The translations under genes were made by a program, and so were the position numbers. Of a stretch of DNA of 64,000 nt, positions 1 through 13,043 are shown piece after piece. The notes below the pieces were generated by a model, which did no database searches, was not told the origin of the DNA, and saw nothing but the letters and a program-made list of their open reading frames with translations. Source of the stretch: Camelus ferus (taxonomy: Eukaryota); assembly GCF_009834535.1 (NCBI RefSeq), contig NC_045696.1, positions 19,656,001 to 19,720,000 of the forward strand. Reading direction: 5' to 3'. Positions within the stretch are counted from its first letter, which is position 1; the number at the start of each line of letters is the position of its first letter.

Positions 1-1667
1 AATTATATATCCCTCTCAATAAGGTTCGATACTTAAAGAGAAAGACATCAGATTTTTTTTGTAAATCTCCACCCCCTCAGTAGATGGAAAAGAGACACAT
101 AAAGGTATGATCTTTTTGGTTCAAAACAGTATGAGCCACATAATATCAGTAAATAATATTCTCTCATGGTTGTTCCTCAAATCAAAAAAAAAAATTCTAT
201 ATGAGATTTACTTCAGTGGATAAATGTTTTCAAATTTTCAGAAATAAGATACATTAAATCTCCTAAATTTTACCCCTTTAATAATTTCTAACAATGCTTA
301 AACCATGAAAACTATGCATAAAACACAGTGAAGTAGATAGAGTCATTAATTAGCAATAGTTCCTACTAATATGCATTCATGGTATAGTATAGCATTGCAG
401 TTGAAATAATCCAGGTCTTTTGGCACTTATGCTCAATTTTATACTCTGTTACTTTCTCAAAAAGTGCATATCTCAAACTTTTTTCCCAGGAAGTAGATGA
501 TAATGATACATATATTTCTGTAAGTTTTTTTTGTCAGAACTTTGCCCATTAAATTATAAAAGGGAGAACTGTCATATAAATTCTAAAGTAGTTCAATTTA
601 TTAGGCAATATTTTGGATGTTCCATGTGCATCTCTGTTTTATGAAAAGTTCTGTTAAATTTACTGCCCCTTCATCTACTAAATCAGCTCTATAGCTGCAA
701 AAGTTATGCAACCAGGTATTTTTGGAACTGTACTTTTACATTTTGCTTAATGCAAATCAATATAGCACTTCAAGGATTTTAGCGATGATTAATTTCCAAT
801 CACTACTCTTGCTATCATTCTTAATTGGTAATTTTGTATGTCAAAATTTTTACCTCTAGAACGCACTGGACTAATGTCTTCAAAATATTTTATAATTGCA
901 CAAATTATTACTACACTTGTCTCTCATTTCTCTTACTGTAATGGAATATTCTATTCACTTACTACAGGCAGGTATAAACTATGCCCTGTCCATGGTTCTG
1001 ATCTTCATAGGTCTCAACAGGAATGTTACTGAACCAACAGCTAAACACATTGTATGTACTACTTATTCTTTTAAATAATAACCCCCAAAACAAAGCTTTC
1101 ATTAAAGCTGCAATTCTCCAATTTTCTGGTTCTAACATAACGCGGGAGCATTTTGGAGGATAACACAATTCATTTTTGACAAAATTCTTAAAGATAGATT
1201 GAGACTAAGCAGCTTATGAGCAACAAAATTTTTACGAGGATCAATAAGACAAGAGGTATTGTTCAAGAGTGAGATGAGGAGAGAGTGAGAAATAAAGGGG
1301 TAGATGAGAAAAAAGAAATATCACAGAATAATATTTCTCCTTTTAGGATCAAAGCACATGGTGATTCAGTGGTGCTTCATTATCTTTAGGTCTCAGGCTT
1401 GGATTTCATGGTGTATTAGAATCACATACTGGGAACAAATAAAAGAAACAAACAGAGAGAGAGAGAAAGAGAGAAAATGGTTTTGAAACAATCTTTAAAA
1501 ATATTTATAGATGAAATAACCATATAGGATATTTTTAATTTATGAATTATGGCTTAATTAAAATAAAATGAAAGCAAATACATTTTCTTTATTATTGTTT
1601 ACTACGTTATTATTATTTTGCCAAATAGTGGCATTTGATGACTACAAATAGAGCCCAGTCCAATCAC

Positions 1668-1877
1668 TCAAATCTGGCACTTCATGGCACTTAGACAAAT
1701 TATCTAAAACTCTCTGTGCCTCATATTATTCATTACTAAATGGGGATAATAATAATTATGCCATACTTGTGTGTATGTAGGTGTGTTTCAAATAAATCAA
1801 TGTATCTAAAGCTTTTAGAACAGTTCTCTTGCATATAATAATGCTCAGTAACATTAGATATCTTTTTATTGTTGTTA
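1668..1877 (+). mobile_element. MIR SINE
   Basis: Core ctctctgtgcctca...aaatggggataataata and 3' aaagcttttagaacagt...gctcagtaa match the MIR consensus. Confidence 0.75.
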
Positions 1878-2144
1878 TACAGGATTTGATATGATTTCCA
1901 AAAAACCCAACCATGTGATGATTCAGATAAGCTTAAGTACCTTGATTTGTAAACACATCTGGGATAGTTTATTTAATTTGAGAGGGGCATTAAAAATCCT
2001 TATCATTTCCATATAACCAGCCCAAGAACAATGACTGATGAAAGAATACATTTACTAAATATTAAATGAACCAGTTATGGAATAGATTCATATACAGTAT
2101 GAACAAAAGGGATTCATATGCAGAGTAAATGAGATAATGAGAGA

Positions 2145-2370
2145 AGAGCTTTTCTCTGAAGACAGACTATCAGAGTGCAAATGCCAGATGTACCACTTCA
2201 CAGCTATGTGCCCTTGGGCAAGGTACTTGACACTCCTGACTCTGTTTTCTCATCTGTAGGAGATGCAGCATAGAGTTTTATGAGGATTAAATAAATTTAT
2301 GCATGCTAAACACTTAGAAACATCCATAGAACTGAAAAATCTAATAGAAAAGTATTTATTAGTATTATAA
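2145..2370 (+). mobile_element. MIR SINE
   Basis: ccacttcacagctatgtgcccttgggcaag...ttctcatctgta...tgaggattaaat. Confidence 0.8.
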
Positions 2371-3260
2371 TGCCTAAAATGTCAGCTAATCAAGTTTTTG
2401 GTAAAAATGATAGCTTTTTACAAACACTTTCATAGTTTGCTATTCATTACCAGTGGTATTTCAGGTTTAATTTTGACAAGAACAAAGTCACTAGAAAAAT
2501 GGAAAATGTGCCTACAATTTTAAATTATTAGGATCTACAGTAACCAGTTGATCTAATCAAACACAGGTTATTAAGACAGTAAAATAATAATACATTTGAG
2601 AATGCATTCAAATATATTTTACTATTTTTAAATTGACTTGGTAACATAAAATCCCCTCAGATACCCTCTAAGCAACTTCAATATGTTTTGTGGGCAGCAA
2701 ATGGTAGGGAAAGTGATCAAAGAAGCAAATAGACACCATTATTATTAATCCAAGCCTTTTTACAAGAGCACACACACAAATGTGGCACATACACATATTT
2801 TGAAATACACAAAAGTTTTATAATTTAAATCATATCTAATATTTGAGACACAAAAATTATTTTAACATACGATGAAAACTTACTGTAAGCTTAAAAGCAC
2901 TAATAAAGTGCTTCAAACATAAAGTACAGAATAAGAATATAACACATAATTATGACCTAGTACTAAGATTCAGTATTTTGCTATATATTATCTATATTGT
3001 TCTCTTTAAGAAAAACAAAGTTGCAGCAGATACAATCTTTAGTACTCGTCTCTTCTCCTTTCTTCCTAATTGGGATCAAAATTGTGAACAATTTTGTCTT
3101 TAGTCTACATATAAAATTTAAACAACACCACATTCTATTTGGTGTGTATTAAAACATTACATGGATTGTCTTATTTTAAATAGCTTTTTTATTTCAATAA
3201 CCCTTACCAGCTTTTAACATATTGTACAACTTACATATCTTTATTATTTCTCAACACTCA

Positions 3261-3364
3261 GTAGAATAGATGCTCCGTGAGTACAAGTAATTTATCTGTT
3301 TGTTCACCAAGATAAAACCCAGAGTAATATACTCTCAATGCATATCTGTTGAATAAATGAATGA
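3261..3364 (+). mobile_element. L2 LINE 3' end
   Basis: gctccgtgag...tctgtttgttcac...ctcaat...tgttgaataaatgaatga tail. Confidence 0.65.
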
Positions 3365-3412
3365 TCATAAATAATTTTAACTAGCAGCCTTCTCATTTTT
3401 TTTTTTTTGTAG

Positions 3413-3683
3413 GACAGTGTATACGATGAGAAGATAACCAAAGAGCATCTTCTAGTTGGATTAACTCCTTACAGTCCCCAAAATGCCACTGTATCACTGT
3501 ACAGCTCTTAAGGCACTCTGCAAATATTGCTGAATGACCAGCATCCAGAGACGGCAGCTATCACTCAAGGTTTACGAATTTTAGATAGGTGCAACTCCTT
3601 GGAAGATAAATTACAAAGAGTTGCCCAATCCTGTTAGCTAATGTGGCCCTGAATCATGTCCTAAGTTTAAAGAGCACAACAAG
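3413..3683 (+). pseudogene. Gene A pseudo-exon: DSVYDEKITKEHLLVGLTPYSPQNATVSLYSS*GTLQILLNDQHPETAAITQGLRILDRCNSLEDKLQRVAQ/ILLANVALNHVLSLKSTT
   Basis: Poly-T tract then gtAG acceptor; AAG|gtatga donor; about 90 codons with one stop and one frameshift. Confidence 0.7.
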
Positions 3684-4101
3684 GTATGAATTTTGCCTCC
3701 TACAGGCTTTCCCTAGCCAAGATGACCTGTAAAGGAAAGACTTGTCCAACTGGCAGCCAAGCAGAATGCTCTTTCAAACACTGCCTGGCTAGTGTGATAG
3801 TGTTGTAACTTGGAAGATCTGAAGTTTAGGGGATAGAAGATAAAGATGCTATGGGATAGTTTATTCTGGATGAAAAGTGTAAAGATATTTTTTCAAATGT
3901 CATTGAGATGAACGAAGGATGTTCTGGGATCTGTGAATTTATAAGAAAATGTCCAAATCTACCTGACAAAAACGAACAGTTAAGTTACTGAATAGAAAAT
4001 TGCCATTTCTAAAGTGATGGAATTATATTTTGCAGAGTTCCAAATGCTCTATCATTTATTATTTTCAGGTATAAATATTTTTTCTTTTTGTTTTTAAGTA
4101 G

Positions 4102-4204
4102 GCTTTTCTTTCTGAATTACAATCGCAGATACAGATAGCTCCAGACAGTCCTGGGCGGATTCACAGGAACTTCACCAGGGCACTACCTTTCTGCTATTCT
4201 TAAG
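4102..4204 (+). pseudogene. Gene A pseudo-exon: (R)LFFLNYNRRYR*LQTVLGGFTGTSPGHYLSAILK
   Basis: Strong pyrimidine tract then tAG; AAG|gttaga donor; phase 2-0 matches both neighbours; one TAG. Confidence 0.7.
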
Positions 4205-5522
4205 GTTAGATGAAGCTTTATATATCTTTATTTTTTGAATATGTATAGTAAAGCTTGTAGCATTCAGTTCGCAAAATGGCCTGTCCTAAAATTCTTAGGC
4301 TTTCTTATCTTTTGAACTTTGCAGTTAGAATTGTATCAGAAATTTTTAAGCGTTATTCTGAGTTGAGGCTATGCATAGTAACACATTTTATGGGCACCTC
4401 TTTCTCGGTTTCTTTGTGTGTTGCCTATTCTGAAGTCCTAGACTAAAGGTATTTTAAATGTTACTATGGATGATAGTAGATAGTATCCCTATGAATTAAT
4501 AAGCGTTTTGACCTCATTCAAAATCAACAACATTAGAATGTTATTATTGCAAAGTAAGAACATTGGAGGTTCAACTGAATTTTGATTTGCTGTATATCTT
4601 ATCATATTAATGTTAAATTAAGTTTAAGAATAAGGATTAAAAAATTAAACAGAATATACTGTGAAAAGAGATTTTAAAGAAAATAAATGGACATAGCTAG
4701 TATTAGTGATATAATATGCATATGTATTCTGACACCTATAATGGGTAGTTTAAAATTACTTTAATTAACTACTATACTAAGGTGAAAAAGGCCAACTGTG
4801 ACTTTAACTAACAATGTGAGCTTGAGTGAATCTATAAACTTTCTTATATGTGAATTTCATCGCCTTTAAAATAAGTAGTACATCCTAGATTACTCTAAGT
4901 ACTTTCTAGAATTTTTAAAATGATTCACCCTGCTGTGTAAAGGAGCTGGCCTTTCACAGACACCACCGCAATGTACGATGAAGCAGAGTTCTTCTTACAA
5001 TTCTATTGTAGTTGATGATGTTTTATTATTTTAATTTAAAGATAATGTGCAAGGAACTTTTCTATTTCATCTTCAGCTTTAATCGCTGTAAATACCTTTA
5101 AGAGAAATGATATTAAAATCTATTAATTTTCAAGAGGCTTCCCAAGATAAGGACATTGGTCTGGGTTCAGCCTTTGCCTGCTAATCATATATTAAAAATA
5201 GGATTTTCCCAAATGCTGTCTCTATGTAAATGTTAACCTTTTTATTTATTTTTCTTTTGGATTTAATGAACATTTAAAATATAAAATGAATACTGTTAAA
5301 TAAATTTTATGGGCAAATGTATATATTACCTCTAAAAACATATTTAGCACATGTTTGTAGGCGTTTCTTCAAATATTAGAAATACTTATGTAATAAATTA
5401 ATTTTTTTAATAATGCCTTGAAGGACCTCTATTTGAAAATATGAGCTTTAGATAAAAGAACAGTATCCAAATGTCTATTTATAGTCCATCCAGATTATCT
5501 TTAAATATCACATTTATTGCAG

Positions 5523-5789
5523 GTAGAATTAAGCTATCTTAAGCACAGGAGAAATACAGTAAAATCTGAAGTAGAATGGAAGGGGCCATTCTACGCCGGT
5601 CACAATAAATCGGATTACTTTTCTCTTTTGGAGAAGTTCATTTCCTATTCACAGATGAATACAAATGTGAAAAACTTTCAAGTCTTAAAGGCTTTGCAGT
5701 ATTTGATAACACCCATGGGGGAAAATTTTGTCTTTAACTTTCTGTGCTGACTCTCAAATCGCTGCACATTTGTGTGGCTGGATGGAAAA
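5523..5789 (+). pseudogene. Gene A pseudo-exon: VELSYLKHRRNTVKSEVEWKGPFYAGHNKSDYFSLLEKFISYSQMNTNVKNFQVLKALQYLITPMGENFVFNFLC*LSNRCTFVWLDGK
   Basis: tttattgcAG acceptor, AAA|gtcagt donor; 89 codons with one TGA; corresponds to ORF-track entry 5517-5750. Confidence 0.7.
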
Positions 5790-6321
5790 GTCAGTGTCAG
5801 TGGTTTCATAAGAAAAGCATTTACAGGGCCTCACTATGATAATAACTGTTCTAGAGAGCTCTGAACTCTCCACTCCTCCATGCCTGTCTGTCATGCACTC
5901 TGTTCAGCGACTGCTTTCTCATTCTTATGGAATATATTTCAGATCTCTCCAATTGTGTTTGAAATGTGATGATTGCAAATGCTTTTTCTGCTTTATTTTA
6001 TGTTTCTAGACTATGCTTTCTTCTTAAGCTTGTCACTTTATCTCTATTTACATTGTATTTAGTTTGGCAGTGTTTTGAGATAAAGCATTGGTTTCTGAAT
6101 CTTATTAACACAACTATTTTCTCTTTCAAACATAATGCCTCACTCATACTTTAGTCTGAAAGGAACTTTCAAAGCAATATGGTTTCCAGGGCACTGAAAA
6201 AATTTGCTAGATATCATATAACATTGCAAGGCACATTAATTCAAATTTTATGTTCTCCTGTTTTATAAATTCTTTAGAGGTACTGCATGGCTCACAAAAA
6301 TCTAATACCAGTACTCTCTAG

Positions 6322-6432
6322 GCCGACTATTACTGATCTGAAGACATGTGTACTTGGTTTGAGAAAGAGAAGGGCAATATTTTCCTCTTCAGTTCTTCAT
6401 CATTTCCTTTGTATTGCGAGCTTTGTTGGCAG
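6322..6432 (+). pseudogene. Gene A pseudo-exon: ADYY*SEDMCTWFEKEKGNIFLFSSSSFPLYCELCWQ
   Basis: tactctctAG acceptor, CAG|gtgaga donor, 111 nt, phase 0-0, one TGA. Confidence 0.65.
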
Positions 6433-7389
6433 GTGAGAAAATAAGTATATCCTTCTAGAAAACATAACTTAATGATCATGATTTAAAAGTGCAGTATTGA
6501 TCACGCCTAGTGGTTGTCATAGATCTAAGATTAAAAAAATCAGAACAATAAGAGAATTTTTTTTAAACTAGTAAATGTTACTGAGTCTGTCTTTACTGCT
6601 TGGTTATTTTTATGATTCTAGAAATTTGCTAACTAATTTTCAATGTCATTTATATAATAATCAAAAACCTTGTATGAAGTTACATAAAGGGGAATGAGCA
6701 CAAGTAACATCTAATCAAGGCACTTTAGTGAATAGCATGGAAGCTAAGAATGAACATGGTTATAAATATACATGTGTTATGTAAAATGAAAGAATTAAGG
6801 TAAGTTCTAGGAAAGTTACCAAGTGAGTATGTAATAACTGAAATGTCTGATGGAAGACATCAACTGTCTAAAAGGATCTCTAGTAACTTGAATTATGGGG
6901 AAGCATTTGATTTAGTCTTTGAAGAATGAGTTTGATTTCAAGAATAGACAACATAGACAATGTTTACTAGGAAGATAAGTTTCAGAGGGATCCTCAAGTC
7001 AATTTAATGTCTTGATCGATAATTCTTAGTTTTTTTGTATCACAAGGGACAGCCACTGATCATTTTGAAATTTGTATGTTAAGATAAGATGTATGCTTTG
7101 AGAAGAATCTTTTATGAACAGAGTGCAGGGCTGACATAAAATGAAGGAAACTGAGCAAAGCAACCGTCAAGTATCAGAGAAGATGGGAGAGGAGTACCTA
7201 GAAAATAAGAATGCAATAATTATAGGGAGTCAAAAATTTTAGAAGCATGAACATGGATGAAATGTACAACAGAAAGAAAACGTAGAAGGAGAAGAGGGTT
7301 CAATGGCAGAACTTTAGAAAACCAGATACATCTGTGGCCACAATTTCAAAAATAAATTAGTAAGGTAATGCAACGAAATTATGAAGTGT

Positions 7390-7578
7390 GATTAACTATA
7401 TTAGGTGCTTTATAAATGTTATCCATTTACTCTTCATAACAGCCCTGCAAGGTAGGTGTCATTATTATCCACTGATCCACTGATGAGCAAACATGGTTCA
7501 GAAGTAGGTGACTTGCCCAAGATTACAGGATTCTAATCCAAGTCTATGTCTATACTCTATTCCCTTTCTACCACAACA
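7390..7578 (-). mobile_element. MIR SINE
   Basis: cttcataacagccctgcaaggtaggtgtcattattatcc...gtgacttgcccaag is the reverse of the MIR core. Confidence 0.8.
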
Positions 7579-7676
7579 TAATATAAATTGATGGGATTGC
7601 CAATGAGAGAGTTGGAGAGCCAAAGGGATGTAGGATAGCAGAATGTTTAAAAAGCAGAAGGCAATTAAAAAAGGGT

Positions 7677-8141
7677 CACATAATGCCATTTGCAGCAACA
7701 TGGATGGAACTAGAGATTATCATTCTAAATAAAGTAAGCCAGAAAGAGAAAGAAAAATACTATATGATACCACTTATATGTAGAATTAAAAAGAAAGAAA
7801 AGAAGGGAAAAATAGGACACTAATGAACTCACCTACAAAAGAAACAGAGTCGCAGACATGGTAAACAATCTTATGGTTTCCGGGCAAAGGGGTAGGAAGG
7901 AGTTTGGGAGTTTGAGATTTGCAAATGTTAACCACCGTATATAAAAATAGATTTAAAGAAATTTCTTCTGTGTAGCACAGGGAACTATACTCAATATCTT
8001 GTAATAAGCTTTAATGAAAAAGAATATGAAAATGAATATATGTTTATATATGCATGACTGGGACATTATGCTGTACACCAGAAAATAACACATTTTTGTA
8101 GCTGACTATACTTAAATTAAAAAAAAAGAAATTTAAAAAAA
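7677..8141 (+). mobile_element. L1 3' fragment (ORF2 end + 3'UTR + A-tail), cetartiodactyl/camelid type
   Basis: atgccatttgcagcaacatggatggaactagag; ctgtgtagcacagggaactatactcaatatcttgtaata; A-rich tail. Confidence 0.9.
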
Positions 8142-10051
8142 AGAGAAGGGCTTCCAGGGTGTCAATGGCTTTATGACATAAAATAAGATTTTAAAAAATC
8201 TTGGGATTCTGTGATCTTTCAGATGTTGGCAATGTTTGAATGAGAATGTCAGTAGCATAGTAGGAGCAAATGTCATGTTGAGGAGGGAAAAACAGCTATC
8301 ATATAAAAAAGAAAGTATTGCAGGATGCTGCAATTCAGGCTTTATCTTCATACAGCCTGGCATGTGAATTCTCACTGCTACTAAAAGGGACCGGAGTTGC
8401 TTAGTGTATTTGAATATTGGCTACTTTATCATTAATGGAGAGAATAATGCCTGCCTCACTGAGGTTGCTATGTGTATTGAGATAATGTATATAATGCTCT
8501 AAGCACAGGTGATTATGTGATATATCATTTGATATATCAGCTTATAAAGATATTTTTAAAAATAATAATCTGAGAGAAGGACACACAGGTATGTAGAAAC
8601 GTTTGTATATATGTATGTGTTTATGTGTTGATGCTATACCAATAGTATAAAACAAACATGTCATTTTTATAACTATTAGCACGGGCACCACAGATTGAAT
8701 ATTTATTATATGAACATGAATATACAGTCTTTGTCCTTAATCACAATGGTATGAAAAACATGCTATTTTCCCTGTTTTATAGATGAGCTTTCTTAAAGTC
8801 TGAGACATTAAGTCATGGTCAGTGACTATCAGACAAAGCACTTAAATTTACATTTGCCAGGCTCTTCTCTTTTTTTCCTGCTTAATTAGTATTGTAACAA
8901 TGATATCACAACTTAATCAATAAAAAAGAGATTATTACTAAATGTCAATAGATCTCAGTCAAAAAGAACAAGGAAGAGATATGAACAGGGTTCATATGTT
9001 TAAAGACCTAACACTATTTCTTTCATTTTTTCTTAATGATATTGAAAACACATATGATTCTGACTGAAAGTGCAAAATATGAAGTTTTGCTAAAACATTC
9101 TTTAAAGCTATTCCATTTAAAAATCTTTCAGCTTCAGTTTTACTAATGATTTGCATACCAATTAGCTCATTATATTTTCCTTCCACTGTATTCACTCAAT
9201 TAGATTTTGTGCAATTAATATTAATGAAAAAGATTTTATGATGTATTCTAATAGGATATGAAGAAATTTAATGTTAGTGGATAAAGTTATATAACTATTC
9301 AAATCTATGCATTAACTTATTCACCACTACAAAATCAAACTTCAGTAAAGTCAAAGGGTTAAAAATATGAGTGATGCTAAAGAAATAAGCCAAAATGAAT
9401 AGAAGCACCAAAATATAACAGGGGAACAATACAAAGTTGAAAATCAAATATACTCAATATATTAAATAGGAGACCAAATGTATGAAGAGCTAGTTGACAA
9501 TTTATTATAATAAGACTATATCAAAAATAAACACATTATAGCTATTCCAAAGTCCAATGAACACTACATAATATAATCATGATGTTTAAATGAGGAGACA
9601 AGAACTTTTAGACTTTAGAGCTGAAATCATACTATGCGGTTTCCACCTAGCTGATAGACTGTCCCTCACCTGGATTGTATTTCTTTTCTGTACCTATAGA
9701 GTATTCCAGAGTGACATCTTCTTTAGTATTATCTGTATTCTGTACTTCCTAACTGGTAAACTATCAAAAGTATATGATTGTTACCAACAATTCTGTAGAA
9801 ATATTACATTTGTAATGGGCTCATTTCCAACAGTATATATTAATTTATGAAAATATTAATTTATGAAGTATATATTATTTTATGAAAAGTAAAAAGTAAT
9901 CATAATTGAGTTTAATTTTATTCTCATACTTGCTCAATGATTTAGAGAATGGGAGAATAGAATTATGTATTCTCCACGTAGGGTTAGTATTTCTGTGATT
10001 TAAATTCTTCTGGCTCTTCAAAGACTCAATATCTCTTTCTCTCTCTCTTAG

Positions 10052-10057
10052 TGTGTA

Positions 10058-10090
<33 letters not shown>

Positions 10091-10208
10091 ATGATTAGAT
10101 ATCTTTATTGTGTAAATTTTTTAAGCACTTCAGAAAATAGTCACTCTATTATATATCTTTCACAGTGAATCAAGTAATTCACATATATATATACTATATG
10201 TGTGTGTA

Positions 10209-10253
<45 letters not shown>
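10052..10253. repeat. (TG)n / (TA)n microsatellites
   Basis: Directly visible dinucleotide runs. Confidence 0.9.
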
Positions 10254-10254
10254 G

Positions 10255-10647
10255 TAATTTTACATGTCCATTTGGCTAGCCTTTGGTGCCAGTTGTTTGA
10301 TCAAACACTAGTCTAGACATTGCTATGAAGGTATTTTGTAGATGTAATTAACATTTACAATCAGTTGATTTAAGCAAAGGAGATTACCCTCCATAATGTG
10401 GGTGGGCCTCATCCAATCAGTGGAAGGTTTAAGAATGAAAACTGAGGTTCTTGGAAGGAAATAATTCTGTCTCAAGACTATAACACAGAAATTGTGCCTG
10501 AGTTTCCAGCCTGACAGCCTGTTCTACAAATTGCAGAATTGTAGCCTCCATAATCACATTCATTAATGCCTAAAAATAAATCTCTTTCATTTACATACAC
10601 ACATATATCTTGTTGATTCTGTGTCTGTGGAACCATGACTTAATACA
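10255..10647 (+). mobile_element. ERVL solo LTR (MLT2B-like)
   Basis: ggagattaccctccataatgtgggtgggcctcatccaatcagt; ends gactaataca. Confidence 0.85.
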
Positions 10648-11614
10648 ATGTGTGTGTATGTGTGTATATATATTTGTACCTAAGATGTTCACTATTTTGT
10701 TTCTTTGTATGAATATATATATATACATATATATATGTATATATTAAAAACTCCAACATTTCATGTATCAGTTGAAAAATACTTTTCTAACAGAGAAGCG
10801 TAGAAGTAGTGAACAATACAGAGACCAACTGCCAGGCTTCACATGGATCAACAAAGCATCATATTCCAAAAGAAAGAGTGCAGAAAAGAGTGAAAAAGCG
10901 AATTAAAGCATGTATACTCTTTTCCCTGGATTTTCTCATAAAGTGAAAGGGGGCTGATTGAGGAGAAGATCCCTTTCAGTAAAAGGAAGAATAACACAAT
11001 TTGTTCAGTTCACCTGATAAAATACAGTCTTGAAAGGTTTATATTCTTCTAGTCCTCTACAAATATGAACAAGGCTAAGAATAAAGAAGAAAGGGAAAGT
11101 CAGATAAAGAGAAAACTGGTCAGAGCACATGTAGTTACTCTATACATAATCCCAGATCACCGTATTCCTCCTGAGGACATGAAGCAATAATCATTTTCCA
11201 AATAAAGGAGGTCCTATCTTTCCAACTTTATTTCACCAGTGCTTAATAGTCAATAATTCTCCAATTGTTATATTTAGAGTGAGGTTTTCTCCTGAAAAAA
11301 TTTCTCTGTAGGATATTGCTGTATATCATACTCAGATATGCAGTGAAAAATTGTAATGACCATAACCAAGAAAATAAATAATGATTTCATCATTTTTGGA
11401 GCTCACATATTATTTGAGGCAAAGAAAGAAAAGAAGTTCTACAGGGAAAAGATGTTTGTCACAGCTGACTTGCTTTACCGAACGTCTGGTAAAGTAGCAG
11501 GAGGATGGCTTGAGCATCTAGCAATTTGAAATGCATTAAAAGGAAAAGTGAAGTAACAGCAGAAGAGAGAAGTGCTCTGTGAGTTAAGAAGTTAGAGTAT
11601 ATGACTTTCTAGAC

Positions 11615-11942
11615 TAGCATTGAATATAAATATTAGGCAAATCACAAGTGTGAGCCACATAAATAATTTTAAAATTTCTAGTAGCAAATTTAATAAAAGT
11701 AAAAAAAACCCAGAATATATTAATTTAACAACGTATTTTATTTGACCCGATATATCCAAGTTACTATCATTTCAACATGCAATGGGTATAAAATTACTAA
11801 AAAGATACTTTACTTTCGTATTCACATTAAGCCTTTGAAACTTGGTGTGTTTTTGCATTTACGGAACATCTCAATTCAAACTACACATACAAGTGCTCAC
11901 AGTCACAAGTGGCTTGGTGGTTACTGTACTGGACAGTGCGGT
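11615..11942 (-). mobile_element. hAT-Charlie MER33-like element
   Basis: gagccacata...aaatttctagtagc...catctcaattc...aagtgctca...tactggacagtgcgg. Confidence 0.8.
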
Positions 11943-11944
11943 GC

Positions 11945-12124
11945 AATGAACCTCAACCTCGACATGACAGACTGCCAGGATCACCTGGAGAAATAAATAA
12001 AAAAATACTAGTGCTTTAAGCCTACCACTAAAGATTGCACTTTAGTTGGTCTGGGAGGAGGCTTAAATACTGGTTTTTAAAAGGTCCTTTGGTGATTCGA
12101 AACCATGATACGATGCCCACTGGT
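11945..12124. mobile_element. MER5-type hAT element
   Basis: gatcacctggag...ttagttggtctggga...ggtgattc...ccactggtcta. Confidence 0.55.
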
Positions 12125-12729
12125 CTATTTAGATCGTCTCTTGGAATTACTGTTTGTTTCACCATCATCTAAGTTTAGCTCTCCTTGGAGATAATGACTG
12201 TGTGAAGATGAATGCTGACTTTCAAAGGGAAGTGATGATCTTTGCACTTAGTCATAATAGCAGGCACATTCAGTCGATTTTTGTAATCTGTACTGAATTT
12301 TGGAGAGCACATCAATTAAAAAGGAACAATGCAAGAGAAATTTCATGTTCCAGTACATCGCTCTAAAGATCAATCACTAATTATCAAAAGGTTTGTTTTA
12401 TAAACAATTCAGAAAATACCCAAACTTTTTTTCTCCCCCTAGTACTGTGGGTACTTTGTAGCGCAATGCTTTGGAGATTCTCATGAGCACCATAAACCTG
12501 ACAACATTACTTGTATTTCTTTTCTCAACATGGAAGTTAGAGTTTCTAGCTTACACAAGAAATTTCCAAATTATGAGCCTCTGCTTCAAATAAAAAAATA
12601 CACACACACACACACATACACACACATATATCACACACATATTTTAACTGGTCCTTTACAAAATACAGAAAGACAATTGTGTAAGAGTCAACTCACAAGT
12701 TGGAGGTAGCCCACTTGTGGCAAACTCAT

Positions 12730-12878
12730 TGTCTCAGTAGCAAAGTATGTTCTGCGAACCAGGAACTTGTTAGAAATGCAGAATCAAGGCTTCACCCCAG
12801 ACTATGTGCTTCAGAACCTATATTTCAACACAATGAGATGGCAACCCCTGTGCATACTGTATTTCGAGATGCACAGAG
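12730..12878. mobile_element. MER5A-type hAT element
   Basis: ggaacttgttagaaatgcagaatc..ggcttcaccccagac. Confidence 0.7.
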
Positions 12879-13043
12879 GAATTCTTTTGAAGGATCATTG
12901 AAGGGAAACAGATTTGGCGAGTAAAGTAGAATCAACAAAAGGGTGAACTGATATGATAGGAAAAAAAGTAGTTTGGAGGGACTAGAGCAAATAAGTGTTT
13001 TAAATTGAGTAAAACCAAATTAATAACATGAAACTCTTCACTT

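Larger units (their letters stand above)
24..10946 (+). pseudogene. Decayed multi-exon protein-coding gene A (unidentified; probably starts before the window)
   Basis: Candidate exons: 24-104, 605-715, 972-1051, 1136-1255 (acceptor AG reads AA), 3413-3683, 4102-4204, 5523-5789, 6322-6432 and possibly 10794-10946. Splice phases chain 2-2, 2-2, 2-0 (needs 1 frameshift), 0-0, 0-2 (1-nt deletion near 3628), 2-0, 0-0, 0-0. Each exon has 0-2 in-frame stops, e.g. TGA 642, TGA 1217, TAA 3509, TAG 4136, TGA 5748, TGA 6334. Confidence 0.68.

Noticed and set aside
642..6336. Selenocysteine/readthrough reading of the in-frame TGAs in gene A
   Set aside because: TAA and TAG stops, frameshifts and a mutated acceptor co-occur, which indicates pseudogenisation.
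9700..9755. Extra gene A exon (SIPE*HLL*YYLYSVLPN)
   Set aside because: Two stops in 18 codons, and the surroundings resemble a degraded MIR3.
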